Origin: Candidatus Latescibacterota bacterium
Lineage (GTDB): Bacteria; Latescibacterota; UBA2968
DNA: 11,592 nucleotides
Assembly (NCBI GenBank): GCA_038279365.1
Contig: JAYODI010000126.1
Location: 1 to 11,592 of the forward strand
Direction of reading: 5' to 3'
Shown: piece by piece, positions 1-8,260 of the stretch
How the letters are laid out: every line of letters starts with the position of its first letter
Position numbering within the stretch: position 1 is the first letter of the stretch
Notes under the pieces: generated by a model
Seen by the model: the letters and a program-made list of their open reading frames with translations, nothing else
Told to the model about the DNA's origin: nothing
Databases searched by the model: none
Program-made: the position numbers and the translations under genes

Positions 1-1074
1 TTGCATGGTGTGTGCGATATGTGGTGATGGAAGGCCGTCGGCAATGCTTTAGGTTTGCCACAATCCTTTGCGCAAGCCCGACCCTGTTTCAACCCTTTTT
101 CCGGAGCCTGCTGATTTTGAAATGCCTTGGGGTGGGTTTACTTTGAATGAAAGTTGCTTGGTTGTGTCTTGGGGTGTGATGTTGATTTTGGTTTTGTGTG
201 GGCGATTACTGGGGTCCAGACTGCTGATGGTATAAGCACCTATAGGAATGGGAGAGAAAAAATATCCTTTTTCATCTGTGCCAATGACCAGACTGAAATC
301 GGGTGCATTGGGTGATTCTACCAAGACTTGGCCCCATTTCACGTGTTCAAGTGTGTCGCTCCATAACATTCGTCCTTGGAGATATCCTAATGGTGTGGTG
401 TTGTCGATGAGGATGACATCACCGCGTCGGTCTGTCATTTTAAATTTGTCTTTGCCTTTGCCCCACGTCATCCAAGAAAACTGTGGCTCTTTGTCACTGT
501 CGTGTAAGATGAGATCAAAACCTAAGATTTGCCCCGGTTTAAGTGTGATGGGTGTTTGCCCCACACGATTGAGATCAAAACGCCATTCTGCATAGCGTTT
601 GTTTTCTTTTTCAATTTGTGCGACTTGTACGGCATCTTTGACAGCGCCTTGACCGTAATAGATGCCTGAACCCATAAAATAATATTGTCCAACAGGAGAG
701 TTGTGGTCTTGATGGCTGAGATCAATATAGATGCCGCCACCTTCTCGTTTTATGAGGATTGATTCATCGGTTGCCTCAGTGGCAATGTAGAGTGCACTTT
801 CTGTTGCGTTGTATCCAATGCGAAAATAGCCTTGGAAGTCGGTGGTGTCTTTGGGGGGCAATTGAAATTCGGGGTTGTCAACGGCATAATAGGTCATACC
901 CTCTGGCCAGTCTGAAAGGTCACCGTCGATGGTGATGTTTTCAAGTGGGATGGCCAGTGCAACCGCGCCGTTGTGGGCCTGAACTGGCGAGGTGAGATGG
1001 GTGATGAATAAGGTGATGACGTATAGGATGTACGTATACACCGTCTTATTCATTTTAAGAGAAAATAGTGTCAT
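1..1074 (-). pseudogene. Secreted sensor-like protein: signal peptide, CBM9-like sugar-binding domain, beta-sandwich, then the start of two-component-regulator propeller repeats; in-frame TAA at 49-51; frame runs off the window edge
   Basis: ORF 49..1074 has a hydrophobic N-terminus ending in VQA, then ITIDGDLSDW, EWRF and GFDL..HDSD (CBM9/DOMON-like). Past the TAA the same frame reads SIADGLPSPHIAHTMQ, giving WQT*SIADGLP, which resembles a Reg_prop repeat. The stop could be a sequencing error. Confidence 0.6.
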
Positions 1075-1748
1075 TTAATCGTGTTCATTTCTTTAATGAT
1101 GTGCAACAATTCTTGTGGATGATCTATGAGGTAGTCGGGGGCATAAGTTTGAAGCACTTTGCGACTGTTGTATCCCCAAGTGACGGAAGCAATAGCAATG
1201 CCGACACCACGTGAGGCCTCAATGTCTCGCACTTCATCTCCGACATATAGGATGTCATCTTTTTTGAGGCTGTTTTGTTTGATGATTTTGTTTAATGCTC
1301 GGCGCTTTCCAAACAGGCCCGAGCCTGTGCCAATGAATTCGAAGAGGTGTTCTAAGTGCCAATTTTGGAGCATTGCTTGTATATTTTTCAAAGCATTTGT
1401 GCTGACCAAGCCCATTTTTATGTTTTGTGTTTTGCAGGTTTTCAAAACGTCGGTCATGCCATCGATTACTTTGATGGTGTGCATGCGATTTTTTAGTTCT
1501 TGTTTGCCTTTGATCAGGAGTTTGGGAATTTGAAAGATGGGTACCTCTAAGTCCTGGATGGCTTGTCGAATGGTTTTGTTTTTGAAATCTTCAATTTGAT
1601 GTTGTGCGAGACTTTGGAATTGAAACTCCTTGGCCAGTGCGTTGCCGATCAAAATGAAATTTTCGAAGGTATCGGCAATTGTCCCATCAAAATCAAAGAG
1701 GATGACCGTGTTTTTCACGTGGGGTTTCGCTTTCTGAGGCAATGTCAT
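1071..1748 (-). CDS. HAD-IA family hydrolase (phosphoglycolate phosphatase-like)
   Basis: Motif I FDFDGT, motif II VSTN, motif III K (FGKRR), motif IV YVGDEVRDI, plus VTWGY. Its TGA overlaps the next ATG (ATGA, 1071-1074). An alternative GTG start lies at 1718. Confidence 0.9.
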   Translation of the reverse strand: MTLPQKAKPHVKNTVILFDFDGTIADTFENFILIGNALAKEFQFQSLAQHQIEDFKNKTIRQAIQDLEVPIFQIPKLLIKGKQELKNRMHTIKVIDGMTDVLKTCKTQNIKMGLVSTNALKNIQAMLQNWHLEHLFEFIGTGSGLFGKRRALNKIIKQNSLKKDDILYVGDEVRDIEASRGVGIAIASVTWGYNSRKVLQTYAPDYLIDHPQELLHIIKEMNTIK

Positions 1749-1893
1749 CGCACATTTGTTTGTCTGGGATACAAATTACATATTGTTTGGGATGACGACA
1801 ATCAAATTGATTTTTTGAGCCCGTTTGTTGTGATGTCTCTGAGGTGATTGGGTGTGGAGAAGGGGATGGTGTCTTTCTGTGGCGGTTTGGAGA

Positions 1894-3336
1894 CTAATTT
1901 TTGAGGTTTTGAACGTGCATTTCAAGATCTGTTTTGGCTTGGTTGGCTGCGTCATCTAATGTTGTCTCTAACAAGTTTGTCTGTTCGTAGGGGTCATTGA
2001 TTAGATGATACATCTCCTGGGTGTTGTTGCCAAAGTCTATGAGTTTGTAGGTGTTGTTTCTGACGGTCCATTGACTGAGCGTGTCTTGCATGACATCGGT
2101 ATAGAGATAGGTTCGTGATGATGTTGACGTACTGCTCAATAAGCTCTTGATGCTCTGACTGTCGTGAATATTTGAAGTGCCTGTGTTGGCTATGTCGGTG
2201 ATGGTGGCAAACAGGTCTGCGGAATGGACAAGGGCAGTTTCTCTTTCACCTTGGCGGGTGACGCCTTTGCCTGCTATAATCATAGGTACATGAATGCCAC
2301 CTTCATAAAGGGTACCTTTGGCACGCGAGGCTTTATAGGGCGATTGGATGACGCGTCGGGCAGAACCATTGTCGCCAATAAAAATGATGAGGGTATTGTC
2401 GCGATCAATGCTATTGAGCAGACGGCCTATTTCGGTATCTAAGGCTTGTAGCATGGCGAAATAATAAGCCAATGGGTTGTTTTCAATGTCTGACGCTGTG
2501 CCAGAGAGGGTGTTGTTGGACAGCAACGCTTCGGGTGGCAAATGAAATGGGGTGTGCGGAGCGGTATAAGCCACCCATAAGAACCACGGACTTTGTTGTT
2601 GTGTGACCCAGTTGATTGCCAAGTCGGTAAATGCTGTGGTGGCATATTCGGTTTGGGTAGATTGTTGACCATTTTCAGTTAATTCCCACTTCCAATAGTC
2701 ATCGTGTGCGCCAGTGAGCAAGCCTGCATAATGGGTGATTCCCATCTGGCTGGGGTTGTTGCGCCCGCCATTTGAGCTGCCAGACAAATGCCATTTGCCG
2801 ATGATGGCATGGGTATAAGGAGTGGGTGCATTTTCATCGAGATATTTTTGGAGGGATGTTTCACTCAGTTTTATTTCGTGGTTGTTTGTGGCATCGAGCA
2901 CACCTGTTCGAAAACCATATTTGCCAGTGAGTATAGACGCCCTGGTCGGTGAGCAAATAGGGGTTGCCCATACGTTGTCAAAGGTGATGCCTGTGCTGAT
3001 GAGGCCTTGTAAATTGGGCATGGAAGGTTTTTCGGTGCCAACGTTATAGTTGGGGCAGGCATCCAGTCCCATATCATCGGCAATGATTAACAAGATATTG
3101 GGAGGTGTTGTTTTATAGGATTGCCCGAATACGGAGGTGAAAAACAGAAAATCGGGAAAATTGACACTGCCATCTTTGTTGAGGTCAAAGGTGGCGTTGT
3201 TGGTGCCAAAAGCCTGCACAAAAATGACAAAGTCTGCAAAACCGATTTCATTGTCACCATTAAAATCTGCACTGGATAGGGTTTGTCCGTAGATCGGAAT
3301 AGGAAATAAAACGATGAATAGAAATATGTATTTCAT
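1894..3336 (-). CDS. Secreted formylglycine-dependent sulfatase with N-terminal dockerin/EF-hand-like duplicated Ca-binding motif (480 aa)
   Basis: PNILLIIADDMG, CSPTRASILTG (CxPxR), GKWHL, APHTPFH, GDNG, KGTLYEGG.HVP, DPYEQTNL. Start placed at ATG 3336 because GGAGG (3345-3341) lies just upstream and a signal-peptide-like MKYIFLFIVLFPIPIYG follows. Confidence 0.92.
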   Translation of the reverse strand: MKYIFLFIVLFPIPIYGQTLSSADFNGDNEIGFADFVIFVQAFGTNNATFDLNKDGSVNFPDFLFFTSVFGQSYKTTPPNILLIIADDMGLDACPNYNVGTEKPSMPNLQGLISTGITFDNVWATPICSPTRASILTGKYGFRTGVLDATNNHEIKLSETSLQKYLDENAPTPYTHAIIGKWHLSGSSNGGRNNPSQMGITHYAGLLTGAHDDYWKWELTENGQQSTQTEYATTAFTDLAINWVTQQQSPWFLWVAYTAPHTPFHLPPEALLSNNTLSGTASDIENNPLAYYFAMLQALDTEIGRLLNSIDRDNTLIIFIGDNGSARRVIQSPYKASRAKGTLYEGGIHVPMIIAGKGVTRQGERETALVHSADLFATITDIANTGTSNIHDSQSIKSLLSSTSTSSRTYLYTDVMQDTLSQWTVRNNTYKLIDFGNNTQEMYHLINDPYEQTNLLETTLDDAANQAKTDLEMHVQNLKN

Positions 3337-3591
3337 AAAACCTCCAGAATATTGAGATTTTAAATGATACATATAAGCTTTCTTAGATGCCATAAAAAAA
3401 CCCGTGTTTCTAAAATGCTCATTTTTTTATCGAACCATTTTGAGCGTGTGGTCTTTTGTGCTGTTAAGCTGGGTGATTCCTTGTTGTTTGTCAAAAGATG
3501 CGTTTTATATTGTACAAGCTTGAGGCTGGTAAGAGGTGCACTTTCATTAAAAAGTTAACAGTTTTACACAAGGTTGCTGAAAGGATGGAAC

Positions 3592-5313
3592 ATGATTTCT
3601 GAAACAGAAAAAAAACGTCGTTCAAAAGCATTGGAAAAACGCCACGAAGAATACGATGCTGAAGAACGGTTGATTAAGCGGTATATGGGCGGTGCATACA
3701 GTTATAATTATTATGCACGCAATACGTTTGTGCACCCCACACGTGAATCGTTGGGATATGCGGTTGCTTTGCTCGATACGTATGATGATGCGTTTTTGGA
3801 TCGGGCACAAGATATTTTGCGACGCATTATTGAAATTCAAGAAGATGACCCCAATCATCAGCACTATGGTGTGTGGCCCCATTTGATGGAAGAACCTTTG
3901 GGCAAAGGGCCTTATGTGGATCGCAACTGGGCCGATTTTTTGGGCAAGGATATGCTTCATGTGATCATTTATCACAAAGATCGGTTGCCTGTCGAATTGG
4001 CGAAAGAAGTGGAAGCGTCGTTGCGCCGTGCTGTTGAGGCCATTCGCATTCGCAATGTGGGAGCTGGGTATACCAACATTGCTGTAATGGGCAGTTATGT
4101 GACGTTGGTGGCAGGTGAGACGCTTCAGGATGATGAGATTTTGAAACGTGGTTTGGCGCGGTTGCGGGTGTTGCATGAACATACACAAGAAACGGGTACT
4201 TTTACGGAATATAACAGCCCCACCTATACGATGGTGGCTTTGCGAGATTTGTCTGGTTTTCGCCATCATGTGAAACATGCTGAAGGTAAAGCCATGGTGG
4301 ATGATTTGTTTCGCATTGCATGGGAAACGGTGGCCACTCATTTTCATGTGCCATCGCGCCAATGGGTGGGGCCCAATTCGCGGTATTATGCGGTGTTTAC
4401 GGGTGAAGATGTGTTGCGCTTTATTGAGCGATGGACAAGTTCTAAAGTGGACTTTGGATATGGCGAAACACCAGGTGACCCAGCCTTAGAAGATATGAAT
4501 GCACAATGTCCTTCTGATTTGGAAGATTATTTTGTTGCCTTAGATGCGCCTCGCACGGTTGTGCAGACCGTGCAAAAGCGATCACCCATTTCACTGATTT
4601 CGACCACATATATCACACCCGAAATGGGTTTGGGGAGCATTAATCACCAAGATATGTGGAATCAACGGCGCAACATTGTGGCATTTTGGGGGCATCATAC
4701 CACGCCGTCTTATTGTCGGTTGCGGTTGATGTATGATGACTATGATTTGTCTACGGGTGCGTTGTGGACACAACAAAATGAGAATCGAATTTTAGGCGCG
4801 GTCACCTTTGCAACCGATGGAGGTGGCAAACATTTGAGCCTTGAAAAGTTGGAGAATGGCACGTTTGAAGCGAAAGAACTCAGTTTGCGTTTTGAGTTTG
4901 GGGGAACTGCTGCGTCGGTTGCTTTGCCAAGCCCTGATGTACTCACGCAGCCCGTTGCGATTGATTTTGGTGGTTTTTCGGTGGGCATTCATGTGCCCTT
5001 TGCTCGGTTTAGTGGGTGCGATTTGCATTGGGAAAGTGGGCGTGCAGAGGTAGAGCGTGTGGGAGAAGGGTCTTATTTGGATGTGGTGATACACAAGGGT
5101 GAAAACCGTGTGTTTTGCTTGCCTGAGATTCAGGAGGCGGTTTTTATTTTTGGGCTTCAGGTAGGGGGAGACAATATGATCGCGCCCGTGGTGGCCACAC
5201 AACAGGGTGATCGGGTTGAAGCAACGTGGGGTGATTTGGCCTTTTCGGTACCCATGCGGCCCAATACGTATAGTCAGATGCGAGAGCACGTAACGGGGAT
5301 ACAAACGGAGTAG
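3592..5313 (+). CDS. Hypothetical protein, probably a helical toroid plus beta-sandwich (heparinase II/III / polysaccharide-lyase-like architecture)
   Basis: Long ORF with an AAGGA SD before ATG 3592. Helical N-half carries DRNWADF, YTNI, EYNSPTY and GPNSRYY motifs; the C-half is beta-rich. No signal peptide. The fold call is inference. Confidence 0.6.
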   Translation: MISETEKKRRSKALEKRHEEYDAEERLIKRYMGGAYSYNYYARNTFVHPTRESLGYAVALLDTYDDAFLDRAQDILRRIIEIQEDDPNHQHYGVWPHLMEEPLGKGPYVDRNWADFLGKDMLHVIIYHKDRLPVELAKEVEASLRRAVEAIRIRNVGAGYTNIAVMGSYVTLVAGETLQDDEILKRGLARLRVLHEHTQETGTFTEYNSPTYTMVALRDLSGFRHHVKHAEGKAMVDDLFRIAWETVATHFHVPSRQWVGPNSRYYAVFTGEDVLRFIERWTSSKVDFGYGETPGDPALEDMNAQCPSDLEDYFVALDAPRTVVQTVQKRSPISLISTTYITPEMGLGSINHQDMWNQRRNIVAFWGHHTTPSYCRLRLMYDDYDLSTGALWTQQNENRILGAVTFATDGGGKHLSLEKLENGTFEAKELSLRFEFGGTAASVALPSPDVLTQPVAIDFGGFSVGIHVPFARFSGCDLHWESGRAEVERVGEGSYLDVVIHKGENRVFCLPEIQEAVFIFGLQVGGDNMIAPVVATQQGDRVEATWGDLAFSVPMRPNTYSQMREHVTGIQTE

Positions 5314-5323
5314 GGGGATAAGG

Positions 5324-5351
5324 CGAATGGACGAATGGACGAATGGACGAA
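5324..5351. repeat. Octamer tandem repeat (CGAATGGA)x3 plus partial CGAA
   Basis: cgaatgga cgaatgga cgaatgga cgaa read directly, 10 nt after the stop at 5313. Confidence 0.9.
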
Positions 5352-5431
5352 GCTGATAACGAGTGTAGCGAATCACAGATGAATTCGTATCGCGTGAAGA
5401 TTTTTGAGATGGTTTAGATAGGGAGGATGAG

Positions 5432-6319
5432 ATGGCGCAACGTGAAGTGCAGTGGGAGCGGATGTTTCCCGATGAGTTGGAGGCGGCATTTGAGGCGTGC
5501 CCTGTGGTGTATTTGCCTTATGGATTGTGTGAACCGCATGGCTGGCACAATGCGGTGGGGATGGATGCGATTCGGGCCCATCAGTGTTCGTGCAAATCGG
5601 CTCGTGTGAATGGGGGTATTGTGGCACCGCCGTTTTATTGGCATTGCCATGAGTCGGGTGGGTATGGCACTTGGGCGCATAAAAAAGTGGGAGATGTGCG
5701 GCCTTGGTTAAGCGCCATTCCTCCTTGGTTGTTTTTGAAGAATATCTGTTATCACATTCGTGCCGTGGATGCATTGGGTTTTCAGGTGGCCATTTTGTTT
5801 TCGGGGCATTCGGGCCCGCATCGGTTGGATGTGCCTGTGGTGATTGATATTATGCAAGCCCATGTGGATGTGAAGTTGTATTCGATGATGAGTGTGGGTA
5901 CTGATATTGATCGTTTTGGCGATGACAAGGGGTTGGGTGGGCACGCAGGCCGAGGGGAAACATCGGTATTGTGGGCCGTTGCACCCGATTGTGTGGATAT
6001 GTCGCGTATGGACGACGGGCGTGCGCCCAATTTTGCAATGGGCGATTATAATGATTTGTCAGACCGTCGTGCGGGTGAGCAGATGGTGGATGATATTGTG
6101 GCGCATTTTGGCGAGAAGGCAAATGAATTGATGGGTGCTTATCAAAAAGAGGTGACCGATCACAAGGCGTTGAGTTATGACGATGTGGAAGGGATTTGGG
6201 AGGAAGAGATTCGACCGCGCTTGAAGGATTTTGCTTCGATGCAAAACCCAGAAGAGGCCCCTCCAGAAGATTCTCGCTGGTTTGGCAATTGGCGGGTGCC
6301 AGAGGGGCGCATCTTGTAA
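5432..6319 (+). CDS. Creatininase / creatinine amidohydrolase family protein
   Basis: Metal-ligand pattern P.GLCEPHG.H...GMD, SGHSG, GHAG.GETS; GGAGG SD upstream of ATG 5432. Confidence 0.88.
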   Translation: MAQREVQWERMFPDELEAAFEACPVVYLPYGLCEPHGWHNAVGMDAIRAHQCSCKSARVNGGIVAPPFYWHCHESGGYGTWAHKKVGDVRPWLSAIPPWLFLKNICYHIRAVDALGFQVAILFSGHSGPHRLDVPVVIDIMQAHVDVKLYSMMSVGTDIDRFGDDKGLGGHAGRGETSVLWAVAPDCVDMSRMDDGRAPNFAMGDYNDLSDRRAGEQMVDDIVAHFGEKANELMGAYQKEVTDHKALSYDDVEGIWEEEIRPRLKDFASMQNPEEAPPEDSRWFGNWRVPEGRIL

Positions 6320-6343
6320 GATGGTTTTCATGTTTGGAAAGAG

Positions 6344-6378
6344 AAAAAGGAGCGAACGCTGTGTTCGTTCCTTTTTTT
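6344..6378 (+). terminator. Rho-independent terminator after the creatininase-family gene
   Basis: AAAAA-GGAGCGAAC-gctgt-GTTCGTTCC-TTTTTTT: 9-bp stem with one G-U pair and a T7 tail. Confidence 0.85.
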
Positions 6379-6452
6379 ATGTCAATAGGTTTGCTCAAAA
6401 AGCGATCTGCTTCACCATATAAAATGTTGAAGCGAGCGTGTATCGGTGATGG

Positions 6453-6866
6453 ATGGGGTTTGAATCATTGCAATTGGGGTATCGATATTATTGGGACGAT
6501 TGGGACGTGAAGTCACATACGGGATCGTTAAATTATAAGCGGTATATGTCGCCAAATGTTATTGTGGGCTTGGGGGTGCGCAGTTATTTGCAAGGTCGGG
6601 CCTCATTCTTTAAGCCCTCGTACGATCAGGTTGAAACATTTATCACCACGGACATTAAGTTGGATTCTGGATTCTCAAATGAGTTACAGTTTGATCTGAC
6701 GGTTAATGGTAGTGAAAGCAACTTGCTTGGTTTTTTGGGTGATAAAGTGCAATACAATTTGAGTGCGAGTGTTTATCAACGGCATTCTGATACGCCTTAT
6801 TGGTTCAATGGATCAAAAGAGTTGTTTTCGACAGATTTTAACTTTGGGATTCGATATCGTTTTTGA
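6453..6866 (+). pseudogene. C-terminal fragment of a DUF3570-like outer-membrane beta-barrel protein
   Basis: YRYYWDDWDVKSHT resembles the DUF3570 YRYY.DDWG..SHT motif. Alternating beta strands and terminal FNFGIRYRF (Bam-type signal). In-frame TGA at 6447-6449, no signal peptide, only 137 aa. Confidence 0.65.
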
Positions 6867-6888
6867 TGTATTTGAGAAAGGGATGTGC

Positions 6889-7566
6889 ATGGATCGCAGA
6901 AATTTTATGACATACGGTTCAAAAATGTTGTTGGGTTTAACAATGGCGGGTTTGAGTGGTGCGTTGCCGAAGCGTTTGTTGGCAGCAGAAACGTCTTCTT
7001 TTTCTATTGATGTGGTGACTGGGCACCCAGATTTGGCGATACGGAAAATTGAGCAGGTGATTCAGAACTCGAATTTGAAACAACAGACAATTGGATTTTC
7101 GGAGTATGCATTGCAAGGGCGTCATGTGGGTGATATTGCGTTTGTGAAAGGGAATCAATTGGTCAACTTTTATGAAGCAACAGATTCTGTTTCCCAGCTG
7201 TTACGAGAGACCGCTTCTGCTTTGGCATTGCCTCAAACGTATGATAATCCAACCCTGTTACGTTTTAATACTGCCCAAGGTGTTTCTCACCCTACGCATG
7301 CACAGGTTTTTTGCGGGGATGTTTTGGTGAAACAATTGCCATTGCAAGGTGCGAAAGATGTTCATCGTTTGGATGGTGCACGTGGGCATATTGAAGTTGC
7401 TGTTGGTGAGGGTTCGGCACGTATTGTTCATGCATCTTGCAAGCATCAAACGTGTATGAAGATGGGCGCGATTCGTCAGGCTGGGCAAAGTTTGGTTTGT
7501 GTACCGGCACAGCTTTCTGTGTCGATTGCAGGGACGAATGGATGGGTGGATGGGGTGACGTTTTAG
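6889..7566 (+). CDS. Tat-signal protein with C-terminal NusG domain II (DUF1312-like), 225 aa
   Basis: GAAAGGGA SD before ATG 6889. MDRRNFM twin-arginine motif followed by a hydrophobic stretch and LLAA. C-terminal SCKHQTCMKMGAI..AGQSLVCVP.QL.V.I matches the NusG_II three-Cys pattern. Confidence 0.82.
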   Translation: MDRRNFMTYGSKMLLGLTMAGLSGALPKRLLAAETSSFSIDVVTGHPDLAIRKIEQVIQNSNLKQQTIGFSEYALQGRHVGDIAFVKGNQLVNFYEATDSVSQLLRETASALALPQTYDNPTLLRFNTAQGVSHPTHAQVFCGDVLVKQLPLQGAKDVHRLDGARGHIEVAVGEGSARIVHASCKHQTCMKMGAIRQAGQSLVCVPAQLSVSIAGTNGWVDGVTF

Positions 7567-7647
7567 AAGGCACCTATCGATCTCTTAAAGGGGATGAAAG
7601 GTGGGGGCGGGAGATGGGTGTCGGGGAGAGAATACAAATACGAGAGA

Positions 7648-7683
7648 AGGGGTATCGGTATGTTGCTGATACCCTTCTTTATT
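7648..7683 (+). terminator. Probable intrinsic terminator
   Basis: AGGGGTATCGGTA-tgt-TGCTGATACCCTT: 13-bp stem with three G-U pairs (pairs only as + strand RNA), followed by CTTTATT. Confidence 0.65.
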
Positions 7684-7692
7684 GGAAATAGG

Positions 7693-7720
7693 TTGACTTA
7701 CGCGTATCAAAACTTATCAT
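7693..7720 (+). promoter_or_regulatory. Candidate sigma70-type promoter for the GNAT gene
   Basis: TTGACT (7693-7698), 16-nt spacer containing the palindrome TACGCGTA, TATCAT (7715-7720). It lies directly after a terminator. Confidence 0.45.
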
Positions 7721-7795
7721 GATGCATACGTGGTTAAATGATAGAGAAATGACTCGTCAATCCTTTGGATACTTGCACCCATAGGGCGTGTTCCT

Positions 7796-8260
7796 ATGCA
7801 CATTGATTACCTTGCTAACTACATGCACCTTGTCCCTTTGCTGGCCAAGTGGCATTACGATGAATGGCACCATTTGACACCGTGGGAGACGCTTGATCTA
7901 TGTGGAGAGCGCTTAGAGCGTGAGGCCCAAAAAGGTGGTGTTCCAACCGTGCTTGTTGCTGTTGGAAATGGGAAGTTGATGGGGTATGCGAGTATTGTGG
8001 TACACGATATGAAAGGCAGAGAAGATTTGACACCTTGGATGGCAGGGGTATTTGTTGCGCCTGCCTACAGGCGTCAGGGAATTGGAACAAAACTTGTGCA
8101 AGGGATCGTTGAGGAAGCAGGCAAACAGAACGTCTCTGTTCTTTATTTGTATACGACCAGCAAAGAGAATGAGGACTTTTATGCTCGTTTGGGATGGTCT
8201 GTAAAAGAGCGTGTTGAATATTTGGGGAAGCTGAGAGTTGTGATGGAGATTAAACCTTAA
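7796..8260 (+). CDS. GNAT family N-acetyltransferase
   Basis: Acetyl-CoA motif A VFVAPAYRRQGIGTKLV, LYLYT, FYARLGW. Confidence 0.93.
   Translation: MHIDYLANYMHLVPLLAKWHYDEWHHLTPWETLDLCGERLEREAQKGGVPTVLVAVGNGKLMGYASIVVHDMKGREDLTPWMAGVFVAPAYRRQGIGTKLVQGIVEEAGKQNVSVLYLYTTSKENEDFYARLGWSVKERVEYLGKLRVVMEIKP

Noticed and set aside
49..51. TAA stop-codon reassignment
   Set aside because: TAA ends the creatininase, GNAT and YaiI genes at plausible C-termini, and no other internal TAA is seen.
3484..3511. TTGTTT-16-TATATT promoter in the divergent intergenic region
   Set aside because: Plausible, but the region is AT-rich with several equally weak matches, so it cannot be supported.
3622..4362. Long antisense ORFs (also 4792..5376, 5850..6398, 8711..9121 and others)
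   Set aside because: They lie opposite well-supported genes, have no recognisable motifs, and are expected from codon and strand bias.
5324..5351. Repeat as a CRISPR array
   Set aside because: 8-nt units with no spacers, and no cas genes.
6763..6888. N-terminal extension of the NusG-II ORF given in the ORF track
   Set aside because: It overlaps the barrel fragment; the SD and Tat motif point to ATG 6889.
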